Positions 1 to 13,400 of a DNA stretch of 64,000 nucleotides are shown here, one piece after another. This stretch comes from Adineta vaga (lineage: Eukaryota; Animalia; Rotifera). The position numbers and the translations under genes were made by a program. The DNA lies in NCBI GenBank assembly GCA_021613535.1, contig CP075492.1:310001-374000 (forward strand), read 5' to 3'. Position 1 is the first letter of the stretch. Every line of letters starts with the position of its first letter. The notes beneath the pieces are model-generated. The model worked only from the letters and a program-made list of their open reading frames with translations, was not told where the DNA came from and made no database searches.

Positions 1-2608
1 AAATTCCATAGTTGACAAGTGTCTGGTAACTTATTGACGATTAGATTGACCAGTTTCGATGAACAAGTTTCACCTAGAATAGAAGTTTATTCCTATTGTT
101 TCTGATAAGTTTCGGATAAGTTTTACTAACCACCAGTAGTAACTGAGCGCAGATACTTCAAATTCTTGAAATCGCTCTGTGTACTCAGAAAAGTAAAGAA
201 ACTGTGAAGCAAACTTGGAACAGTCGTAATCGAAGTAATTTGTTTGTCTTGAATAATATTGAGCAGATAGTCAAACTGAAGAATTCCTCTGGGACGTAAC
301 ATAACTAACGCACCTCCACTAGTCAGAGCACCCATTATATCTTGCAAATGATCATCAAAAGAGCAGCGTGACATCTGAAGAATTCTATCGTCTCTATTTA
401 TAATGTTTGTGAAACTTAATGAGTCTATCATATGAGTAATATTTCGATGACGAATTTTGATCTACAAATAAGTAGAAAAATCGCTGTTAGACTTTTCCGA
501 TTACAATATATTGTTTCACAAACCGCTTTCGGTACTCCAGTTGAGCCACTTGTAAAAATGATGTAAGCAATATTTTTTGGTGTTACTACAATGTTTGACA
601 ATTGATCACAGCCAATATTATTTTGATTGTCATTATTAGTTAATATTAAATCAACATTCACTACGATTGTTTCATTATGTATCATAGTCTTTGTTAACCA
701 ATGAGCAATAACAAGATGACTTTGAGTCTGCTCGACAAGTGTATGCAGACGATATGAAGGGTCTCGAGGTGATAATGGACAATATACACCACCTACCATT
801 TCTATTGCCATTATACCAATTACCTAGAATGAACAACAATTTCTCCTAAATTCTAAGAGACACTCTTCTCATTCATCAACTTACCATTGATATACTTCTC
901 TCCACACATTGACAAATAATATCACCAACATTTACACGATATTCATTCAATAGAGTCAAAGACAATACTTGAACATAATATAACAGTTCACAATATGTCA
1001 ACGACTGTTCATCTAGTTCCACAGCTAACTTTTGTGAATAGATCATCGCTTTAGAAACAAACTCATGATGAATACATTGGACAGATGGAAATGATATTTG
1101 TGTATTATTCATTGATTGTACAAGTAATTGTTCAGTTGGTAGTGTTAATGATAATTCATACAGTGGTTTCTTCGATTGACTATCAATAATAGATGCACAT
1201 AGATCATACAACAGTGAATGAAATTGTTGTGAAATCTTATTCACAGTTTCCACGTGAAACAAATCCAATGATGCATCGATTGTACATGAAAGTTCATTAG
1301 GATCCAAAGTATGATGAAAAGTGAGAATAAAATCAAATTTACTCATCACTTCATCTTCACTAATCTCAATCGAATATGGTGCTAAAATAAGTTCACTATC
1401 ACCAAGATTTACTTTGTCTTGATCGTCATTTGTCATCGATGTTATAAACTGGAATGATGTATCAAGAAATGCAGGATTTGATAGATGAGGATGTTGTGCA
1501 AGAATACGTTGAAGTGGAAAATATGAATATTTCATAGTATTTGTCATCAAGACTCGCATTTGTTGAGTGAATTGATGAAACGAAGAATGAGGATCAAATT
1601 GACATCGAAGAGGAATAGCATTGACAAACATTCCAATTAGAGATCTAAATTCATCTCGATAACGTCCATCTGTATTCATTCCAATGCATAGATCTTGTTC
1701 TCCATTGGTTAATTTGAATAAGAAGATGAAATAAGTCATGAGTGACAAATAGTCAAGTGACATGTTATTTGTCGATGCATATGTAAGAAAGTATTGTGAA
1801 AGATCTTGTCCAAAATCAAACGAAATAGATGTTCCACGACCAGTTCGATGTTCATTTGCAAGACGATATCGATCATATGGTAATGAAAGAGATTGATCAA
1901 GTTTACAGTCATGGAGAGCATCAAGCCAAAACATTTCTGCACCAGTCATTGGCATTTGTTTTTCGATAGCAGCATCTATATAGAAGAACAAGTGACAAAT
2001 GAGAAAGAAAACGTGCGATGTTGAGGATGTATACTTACAATCAAGATAACGAAGGTTCGTTTCATCATTGTTGTCGTTAAGTAATTGACTTGTTGTATAT
2101 GCTTGATTAAGATCATGAAGAAATATATGCATTGATGGAAAATCAAATGCTGCATGATGAAAATTGAAGATGATTATATCTTTATGATGAAGTAGATGAT
2201 CGGAAGAGATGTGTTTGTAATAGACAAGATGACATCGAAAGACAAGACCTTGAGTAAGATTGAAGAGTTGAGGATTTCGTTTTTCTTCATGTATGATATT
2301 GTTGAGTTGTTGTTGTGTTTCATAAGTACTCTCAATAAATGTAAATAATGTCTTTTGATCTGTGGTAATGTCTATGATTCGTTGCATCAATATATTTTTA
2401 TCTTTGTCGAAAATGAATGCTGTATGAAGTGCAAGATGTTTGCTGATAGTGAGATCGAGTGCATGTTGAAGTTGTTTGACTGATATAGTATTGTTTGTAG
2501 AAAGGTGATAAACGAAAGGCATGTTATAGATTGCTACTTGTGGTTGATCAAGATCGAATCGCATCTGTTCACCGAGCCAAATGCGAGCTTGTGCATATGA
2601 TGCTGGTG
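1..2608 (-). CDS. NRPS module 3: C domain and N-terminal part of the A domain (truncated by the window edge)
   Basis: C domain with HHAAFDFPS. A domain with YIIFTSGSTGVPK, SFDDHLQD and SVTTGGE. The last exon (73-1) reads ETCSSKLVNLIVNKLPDTCQLWN. Confidence 0.88.
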
Positions 2609-5600
2609 CTATAGTTATCATAGCACATTTGTGTAAGAATAAAAACGCCAATGATGTAGAGGTGCTGAGGACGCACTCTCCCGAGTGATAGTTTCATGGG
2701 GTGTCTCTCTCTCTTTTACAAGTACGTTCAGTATTCATGCGAGTGGTAGCTAAGTACTCTCTTCAAAGATGAGCTATGGATAAAAAATAAAAATATATGA
2801 GTGGCCTAAATCACTCCACAGTTATATCAGAAGTGCCTGTAAAGTATTTTTAAATACTTGAAATATTTAATACGATTATCCTTTAGAACTCTAATTGAAG
2901 TACAGAGTGAATTCGACGTTAAGTAGCGATCCAGTAAGTTTCAGCTTTTATATAGAAAATACTTCACCATGTCTCTCTTTCGATATATATATTTACACTA
3001 ATCCCAAGGGGGAAAAAGCGGATTTAAATCAGTTAGAAATCAAATTTAAATCAAACAAATCACTTTAAATCAATTAAATCACCTTAAATCATTTGAATCA
3101 CTTTTAAATCAATTGAATCATTTAAATCACTTCTAAATCAATTAAATCATTTAAATCACTTCTAAATCATTTAAATCATTTAAATCACTTCTAAATCATT
3201 TAAATCATTACAAAAACTCTATGAAGTTATTACTGCAACTAATACAGTTAAAACATATCACACTTGTACACGTTACTGGATGCTCATGTGATATTGCGGA
3301 GCGAAAATAACTATTTCTTCGGTTTGATTTTATGACAAACATGTGCTTTCTATAGTCGTATAATATCTCGATACATAATTTCCTTTTGTCTGTCTACTTG
3401 AAATCTACTAAGACAGAACGCAAGAGAATTTTTTTTCGGTTCGTTGTTATCAGTAAGACGGAGAAATAAAGAGAAAATATTTTCTCTTCTTCTCGATTCG
3501 TTGTCGCATGTTCATTTTCATCTCATCGATATTCTAATTCAATACGTCTTCTATTCATTTGCATCCTATATACGAACTATTGTATTCTACGTACAAACAA
3601 TATTGTCTAAGAAAATAAGGAATTGAAGAAATAAATCATTTATAAGAATTCTTTTCATTTAGCAACGATTGATTAAGTTCGAAGATGATGAGTTCTATAA
3701 CGTCATACATTAATTTGTTGCGGTTCAACTATTAAACATTTTCAACTATTAAAATGATTATAATATAAGCAAATAAGTGATATATGGCAGTGATCATCTC
3801 AAAATATATTCCATGCGTTCCTGATCGATTCTTTTGTTATTTATTATATCTTCTTTGATGAATTCAAATTTCAGATGACTTTTCCTCTTCCAACTAATTC
3901 TCTTCTATTTTCTGGAGATTCATTCTACAGCATCGTTAAACAATTCTGTGGTGTTGAGGCGGTGGAATTACTTAAATTTCAGTTAATTGATACCTCAATG
4001 GATTTACTTGAAATCGATGATATCTTTTCCATTCTCTATTTCGAATCTGATCAAACTGATACGCTTAAACAAATATTAGGTTGTCCATGTAAAGATGAAT
4101 TTGGTAATTATTCATTCTTCGTTATGCCAGGAATTCGTTTGAAACTTAACAAATTTATTCATACACTTCGTTCTCTTCTACCAACTACTAATTCTGCATC
4201 GACTACCAAGTGCCTGACAATATCTTCTGATCTCATTCAACAATATCCGTTTCTGATTGATCTTATACATTGCCTCGAATCAAACTTATTCTCTAAATTT
4301 GTTTTGGACTTTGTTTCAAATATGACGTCGAATTTAACACGTTCAAAGAACTGCTTTCGTTATCAACAATCTGTGAAAGACTTTGCGACATGTCTTTACA
4401 TTCTGGGAGGAAGAACTGCATACGAGTTCATACGAATCAACATTCCAGGATCTATATCTAGTTTAACCAGCCTTCGAACAATCATTAGATCTTCAAAAAA
4501 TGAATATATTGAAGGTGAATTCTACTATGATCGTCTTAACTATTATATGGATTCGTTTAAATGCATATATGCATCCGTGGGAGAAGATTGTACTGGCGTA
4601 GTACAAAAAATACATTATGATGTTCATTCAAATTGCTTTACAGGATTCACGCTTCCACTTACAGATGGATTTCCTTCGACGCGATATTTCTCTACTGATA
4701 TATTAGCTGATCTTGAAATATGGTATAATCAGGTGGATAAAGCATCTCTTCTCAACGTATATGTCGTGCAACCGTTGTGTCCTACAACTCACACTTCACC
4801 CTCACCATTTATTCTATCAGCGTACGGTACAAACGGCAAGTATACCGCTCAAGACATTCTTAAAAGATGGTTCACCATATTTGATTCGTGTTTGAAGAGA
4901 AATATTAGGATACTCGCATTTTCAACGGATTGTGATCCTAGAAGCCTAAATGCGATGCGTAATGCAATGGGATTTTTTTCAAAATCAGTATTGCAATTAG
5001 AAGAACATCCACAGCATTTCGAAATTTCGTTTTTGAAGGTCAGTACACTATTAAAACGTTTAGGTTAAAAGCTATACGCTGGTTTTATTCGAAATATTTA
5101 GAAAAAAAATAATATCGTAATTATTTGAGTGGTAAAAAGATCTTAGACTTTTACAAACTTCGAACATTAATGAGACATTCTCGTGCAATAGAAAATACGT
5201 GAAGCTAACTGAATGGCCCTGATTTGATGGTTCCTTGTATTAGATAAGCTTAACTAAGTATAGCGATGAACTATTTTGTCAATCTGACGAAAAGCACCTC
5301 TATTTATATGCTAATTTTGTCTACTGATGAAAATCCTTCTACTTCGCAACAGCAGACACATGTGTTTGATCAAACATATACAGAATAGTCTGAAATATTA
5401 GAGGTGTTGAATGGTTAATAGCTTCTGCTAGTGGTGTTGTTTGAGTGAATAGCATCGTTTAAAAATGAAATGGGTATTTCATGACTGAATTTTGTTCCTA
5501 TCTCCCTGTTACGTATAAATAAAAATTTTTAAATTAAACTAATAAAAAACGAATCCAGTTTTCAATTCGACTTAAGAACACATGTTTTTATATTTTTATG

Positions 5601-7399
5601 AACTCTTTGATATTTTTTTCTAATATTTAGAATAGTTCATGGTTTTTTCTAAAACCACAACAACTTTTTGTCTGTTTTCAAGATGGTGTGCATATATGCA
5701 CCAAATTACGCAATCGTCTTTTGGATTCAGCAATTACACTACTGATAGGAGAAAAATATGCAAGTGTTGATTATCTTATGGAATTGATTAACAAATATTC
5801 AAAGCTCGATCATGCTCTAACAGTATCCGATGTCCTTCAAAACGATAAACAAAACTATTCATCTTGTGAAAAGATATCAAATGATGCTGTTCTTACTTCT
5901 CTTAAAAAAATTGCAAATTCTGAAGCATTACAAGCCTATCTACAAGTAATATTTCATCGATTTCTGTATTCATATAACTCACGAGAAACAATTTAATTCG
6001 ATTTAATCTTTGGTTCATTATAAAAAACAGTACTATGATGAAATCTTTTTTATAAGAATAGTCCTAAATTATCTTAAGGCTGCAGCTTTGATTCTGTCTC
6101 AAATTCTATGGAGTGCTTAAATATTTTTATTTAAATTTGATAGATTATTCGATTTGCTCGTTTGGCATTCGTCGAAAAACACACTTCTATTATTGATCGC
6201 TTATACTATTCGTGGACTGCTGTCTTTATAGTTCGTCTTTGGTCTTCATGGTTAGAAATTACAACTTATGCTGATCTAGAAGAGATAATGTCACATTTGT
6301 TACCATCCAATTCCATGGGATCTTTTTCTAAATCAAGCTTGTTCATAACCATGCCAGCTCTTTTTTCACTTGAACTAAATGTTCATAGCTTGACATACCT
6401 TGTAGTACTTGTATCAGAGCGAATGATAACTGAAGAAGCTCTAAATGTGTCGTTATATAATTCACAAATATGCGAGCAAACGTTCCGAGCGGCACGATCA
6501 ATGTCTGGTCCATTCTCATCTATTGTGAACTTTTCCGTTGATGAATTTCTTCAACGTGTCGAGAAACTAGCTGCTCTTCAAGCTATTAAATCTTCGTCTG
6601 ATTCTAATAATAACAACCTTATCTTTCCTAAACACCACAAACATTCACAACAAAAACATCAAGTACCTGTGATGAATATGACAACCGCGATCACAGAAAA
6701 ATTAATTCAAGTTACAGTTTTTAGTGCTTATCTTCAAGCTTGTCAAATTCTTTCAAGTTGCAACCTGTCGATCCTCAATCCTTATGATACAACTATATCT
6801 TTCGAAGAAGTGAATCATTTAGCATTTCAAAAGTTAACAAGATCACACTGTAAAACTTTTAGCCAGAAAGATTCTCAATTGAATAATAGCAAACAAGAAG
6901 ATGATGATGATTATGAAGAATATTTGAGCCAGAAACAGTCCAGTAGAAATAATAATTTTGATGACTACGATGAATCGATATCAAGTGATGAATCAAATAC
7001 TGATGTTCTTCCTAATGTTTCAAATTCAATATTTCGCGGAATGCGCATCTTTGACTCTATCAACAGCCATCAAAATGCATCGTTTTTTTCTGTTGAAGTA
7101 AATGGTCAGAAGAAATTCATGCATAAACAAGCTGCAAACTGGTATTTTTCCAAAAGAAAACCTACTTTATCTTCTGATCGATCAGTTAGAGTTCAAAAGA
7201 AGTGAATTATCTATTTCGTTTGTTTTCTACACATATACAATGTATGTGTATAATAAAAAAGAATGACCATTTCATTTTTCTCTTTCTCTAATTAACATAC
7301 TCAACTAACATGCAGTTCATCTTACGATAATAATACATATATCCTTAGCTAAAATGCTACTCAAAATAAAAAACATTTCATTCTAAATGTTTTCCTGAG

Positions 7400-7434
<35 letters not shown>

Positions 7435-10400
7435 CATGCATTAGATAAACTAAAATTTATGGCTTGTTTATCCTTCGATCCCTATGTTTTCGTATGTGCA
7501 GATTGATCGCTTATTTCGATAATTACTTGATAGACTAACTGGATAAAAATTAGCACGAACATTTATACGATACATGCATATTTCTAGGGAAATAGTAATC
7601 TTATGTCACCGTAAAGTCCTCATACGCTGCTCGATTTATATGAGTTTTAAACCACTTTAACTCATTTAAATCATTTAAATCATGTAAATCAAATAAATCA
7701 CCTTAACTCATTTAAATCAAGCAAATCATAAATCGCTTTTTCCCCCTCGACTAATCCCTTCGTTTTCTTTAACAAAGAAAGTAAATGAACTACATATACT
7801 ATAGGTAGAAGCAGAAGCAAATAAAATATATTCTCTATGAGAAACTAAAACGAACTAGATTTTGTCTTTCGAACACTCACAAATGAATCAAACAAGTGTC
7901 AACTATATATCTTTCATAGCTGCGATGGCTAAGTGCTTATGTTGTTTAAGATAAATTGAAACTATATTCTGTGCAAACGTCAGTGGCATCATTCATAGAA
8001 TAAATCTCAACAAATCAAGAACGAAATACTTCTCATAATTCTTACACTAGGGCATGGCCTACAATGTTAGTCACGATTTTAGAGAGGAGGAGTGCAAATA
8101 TCACTGTCTATAAAGAGAGAAAAGCTGTAGAGAGCAGTTTGATATGTAAATCATAACAATTATAGTTGTCATCTACACAAGACACGTCTATGAAAGATTA
8201 TTCGTAATATGGATCATCAACAACAATAAAATTTTAATCACAACAAGACAGAAACCTACCTTCACTTGTGATATTTGATTGTCGATCAAATATAACATCA
8301 TCGATTTCCTTAGCTTCCTTCGGCAATATAAGATCAAGTTTCGATACAGCTGTCCCACACATGTTCACTTCATCCACTATTCCATTCGATACAAACAATT
8401 GTTCAATACAATACGAAAATCGTTCACCTATATCTGTAACAGTTCCATCATCAAATAAATCATGAGAACATATAAAATACAATGATAATCTATTGTTTTG
8501 TAATGTTGGATTATAAACAAATGTTAACATGAAATCAAATTTAGCTATTTCATCTGATTGTTCTAATGATACTTCTTCTAATTTTGTATCATTCATCGAT
8601 AAGGAACTCTCACTTTCAGATAAAGTGATAAAATCGAACATTGTTTCCAAAAATGTAAGATTCGATTGGTTGGCATGAAAGTCATTAAGAATATGTTGAA
8701 GTGGATAATGAGAATGTTTAAGTATTGATAAACACATTTCTCTTACAGAATGAACAACTTCATCAAATGACCAATCTCCATTGAGTTGAATACGATATGG
8801 TAATGTTGCTACAAACATTCCTATCATATTATACAATTCAGATCGATATCGATTGGCATTTATACTACCAACACATAAATCAGTTTGATTGTGAGATAAT
8901 TTAAATAGAAATACATAAAATATCGATAGTCCAAGTTGAAAAATGTAAGATGATGTGATGATGCATAGTTTAGAAATGATGTACATGTAACATCATTTAG
9001 TATTATTTGAGTTGTAGCACCTAAGCCAGATCGATGATGAATTGATGAACGAGATCGATCATATGGTAATGATAATGAATGTTGAAGATCACATCCTTGA
9101 AGTTGAGAATACCAAAACTCACGAGATAAGGTCATATCCATGACATGTTCATGAACAGAATAATCAACATATTGAAATGAATTGTCATCTAGAGATAGCG
9201 AACTATGATCTTGATAAGCAAGAGAAAGATCACGAATAAAGATTGATGTTGATGCACCATCAAAGAAAGCATGATGAACAGTAAATAATATTAAATCATC
9301 TCTATTCAACATATCATCTTCTTCATTTGAACTGTGTGTGTGAGAACGAAGAATATGACAATTAATGACATGTCCTTTTGATAAATCAAATAAATCACAT
9401 TTATTCAAGATTCTCTTCACAATTTCATTCATATCGCCATCTTCTCTGGAAACATTCACTATTGAAAAACCAAATGTTTCACTATTATTGCTTAAAGTAT
9501 TCATATCTCGACAATCTTGTACAATAATACCATTTTGATCAAGATAAAGTGCTGTTCTCAGAATCTGATGTTTTCTAATGATACATTGATATGCATGATA
9601 TAATCGTGAAATTGATATATGATGGTCATTTATCGATGATAGACGATATATTAATGGAATAACATACATATTTGTATTGTTATCTGTCGAAGAAGAAGAA
9701 GAAGAAGAAGAAGAAAATCGAATATTTTCATCTAAGAAAATGCGTTCTTGAGCAAAGGATGCTTTCGCTAAAGTGAGAAATAGAATGTGGTTATTAGAGT
9801 ATTTTTGAGATTATATTTGTTACCTGTAAGGATATTTAATGAATGCCAAGAATGATCATCTTTACTCAATTCGGTATTGAGAATCTGATGAATAAGTTTT
9901 GCATGATCAATGATAGTTGGATGTTGAAATAGATCAGTAATAGCAATGGAATTTATTTCTAATCGAAATTCTACTTTATAGTGATGTAGAAGTTGCATAA
10001 TAATTAATGAATGGCCACCAATAGAGAATATGTTTGTATTAGTAGAGATTTGTTTTTGTTTCAATAGATCACACCATATATGATGAATAATAGATTCAAT
10101 TTTATTTGTTGGTTCTACTAAATCGTTAGTATTGTTGAGTTTAGTTGAAGAGAGAACAAGGGAATCAGGTGAGGGCAATCGTTTTCGATCAATTTTTCCA
10201 TTTGGATTGAGAGGTAATTTATCAAGAATAATGAAACGAGATGGAATCATATGCGGTGGAAGATGTGATTGACAATATTCATGTAATTCGTTTTCGCTGA
10301 TGACTGAACTTTGAACATAAGCAACTAAATGATCTTCACCCCATTTCACCACAACACAAGTAGATATCGATGTAATACTAAGTAGGCATCGTTCAATTTC

Positions 10401-13400
10401 ACCAAGTTCAATCCTTTGTCCATGTAGTTTGATTTGAAAATCTTTTCTTCCCTCATAATAGACAAGACCATTACGATCTAATTTGACAACATCGCCAGTT
10501 TGATAAAACTTTTGTTCATCGATTTCAAGAATAACTTTTGTGGTCAGATCGTTACGATAAAGATAGCCAGCGAATACACCGCCACCACCAATAAATAGCT
10601 CACCTTGTTGGCCAACGGGCACGTGTTGAAAATACATATCCAATACTTTATAATGTTCATTAGGTAGTAATCTTCCAAGAGCGATAATTGATTCACTGGA
10701 TCTGGAACTTATACGATGATAGAAGGAAACAACTGTGGTCTCAGCTGGCGCGTATATATTGTACAGAGTACAGTTGTTGTCAATGTGGCTTTGTAAGCGA
10801 TGAACAAGTCGTTTCGATATAGGTTCTCCTAGAAAGCTTAGATGTGTTTTCAACATACTTTTCATAGTTAACTTACCTCCAAAGCACAGTGATCGTAGCG
10901 TTGACAAAGAATCGCAGTGTAGACGTTCAATAGCATCACATAAATAATCTAAGAAGGTTGGAACTGGTGCAATACATGTAATTTTTTTAGTTTCGCATAT
11001 GTTCATAAAATACAAAAAGTCCATGTTTCCATATGGATGTAAAAGCACAAGAGATGAAGACAAAAATAAACTACCAATGATCTCCATGGTATGCACATCA
11101 TATGTAGGAGCACATATTTGCGCCATAACATCATTTTTCAACAGTATTCCACTGTGTTGTAAACTTCGTATAAAATTTGAGAAATTCCGGTGCCTAGTTT
11201 GAATCTGGAAAAAAGCAACAAACTGAGGGTGACTCAATACAAAGTGTTAACAACATACTGCTTTTGGTACACCTGTCGAACCACTTGTGAAAATGATGTA
11301 AGCTATATTATCAGATGATACCGTTATCTTTGAAAGTTTCTGTGACTCGATATCGCCACTGAAATCTGTATCAGTCAGCAATATATCAATATCCAATAAA
11401 TTCTGAAGGTCAGAGATCTTTGCTACAGTTGGCTGATGAACAATAACAACGTGAGACATCGTTTGTTGTACAAGAGCATGTAACCGATCTTCTGGATCTC
11501 GAGGAGATAACGGACAATATACACCACCTGCCATTAGAATTCCCATTATGCCAATTACCTAAAACACGAGAAACTTCCTGATTATAAACATCAAAAAATT
11601 ATCCAACGCAACCTACCATTGATATACTTCTCTCCACACATTGACAAATAATATCACCAACATTTACACGATATTCATTCAATAGAGTCAAAGACAATAC
11701 TTGAACATAATATAACAGTTCACAATATGTCAACGACTGTTCATCTAATTCTACAGCTAACTTTTGTGAATAGATCATCGCTTTAGAAACAAACTCATGA
11801 TGAATGCATTTGACAGATGGATATGATATTTGTGTATTATTCATTGATTGTACAAGTAATTGTTCAGTTGGTAGTGTTAATGATAATTCATACAGTGGTT
11901 TCTTCGATTGACTATCAATAATAGATGCACATAGATCATACAACAGTGAATGAAATTGTTGTGAAATCTTATTCACAGTTTCCACGTGAAACAAATCCAA
12001 TGATGCATCGATTGTACATGAAAGTTCATTAGGATCCAAAGTATGATGAAAAGTGAGAATAAAATCAAATTTACTCATCACTTCATCTTCACTAATCTCA
12101 ATCGAATATGGTGCTAAAATAAGTTCATTATCACCAAGATTTACTTTGTCTTGATCGTCATTTGTCATCGATGTTATAAACTGGAATGATGTATCAAGAA
12201 ATGCAGGATTTGATAGATGAGGATGTTGTGCAAGAATACGTTGAAGTGGAAAATATGAATATTTCATACTATTTGTCATCAAGACTCGCATTTGTTGAGT
12301 GAATTGATGAAACGAAGAATGAGGATCAAGTTGACATCGAAGAGGAATAGCATTGACAAACATTCCAATTAGAGATCTAAATTCATCTCGATAACGTCCA
12401 TCTGTATTCATTCCAATGCATAGATCTTGTTCTCCATTGGTTAATTTGAATAAGAAGATGAAATAAGTCATGAGTGACAAATATTCAAGTGATATGTTAT
12501 TTGTGGATGCATAAGTGAGAAAGTAATGTGAAAGATCTTGTCCCAAATCAAAAGAAATAGATGTTCCACGGCCAGTTCGATGTTCATTTGCAAGACGATA
12601 TCGATCATATGGTAATGAAAGAGATTGATCAAGTTTACTATTATGTAGAGCATCAAGCCAAAACATTTCTGCACCAGTCATTGGCATTTGTTGTTCGATA
12701 GCAGCATCTATACAGAAGAACAAGTGACAAATGAGAAAGAAAACGTGCGATGTTGAGGATGTATACTTACAATCAAGATAACGAAGGTTCGTTTCATCAT
12801 TGTTGTCGTTAAGTAATTGACTTGTTGTATATGCTTGATTAAGATCATGAAGAAATATATCCGTTGATGGAAAATCAAATGCTGCATGATGAAAATTGAA
12901 GATGATTATATCTTTATGATGAAGTAGATGATCGGAAGAGATGTGTTTGTAATAAACAAGATGACATCGAAAGACAAGACCTTGATTAAGACTAAAGAGT
13001 CGAGGATTTCGTTTTTCTTCATGTATGATATTGTTGAGTTGTTCTTGTGTTTCATAAGTACTCTCAATAAAGGTAAATAATGTCTTTTGATCTGTGGTGA
13101 CGTCTATGATTCGTTGCATCAATATATTTTTATTTGTGTCGAAAATGAATGCTGTATGAAGTGCAAAATGTTTGTCGATAGTGAGATAGAGTGCATGTTG
13201 AAGTTGTTTAACTGATATGGTATTGTTTGTAGAAAGATGATAAATGAAAGGCATGTTATAGATTGCTACTTGTGGTTGATCAAGATCGAATCGCATCTGT
13301 TCACCGAGCCAAATGCGAGCTTGTGCATATGATGCTGGTGCTATAGTTATCATAGCACATTTGTATAAGAATAAAAACGCCAATGATGTAGAGGTGCTGA

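Noticed and set aside
3021-3210. Iteron- or satellite-like TTAAATCA array
   Set aside because: Explained as the subterminal repeats of the P element.
7402-7431. (TA)n microsatellite
   Set aside because: Ordinary simple repeat inside the transposon 3' region.
2609-13383. Separate NRPS genes starting at MAFLFL (2651 and 13383)
   Set aside because: The first copy has no such ATG, and all three copies share the CTATAG acceptor at APASYAQ, in phase with the upstream donor. These starts are more likely intronic.
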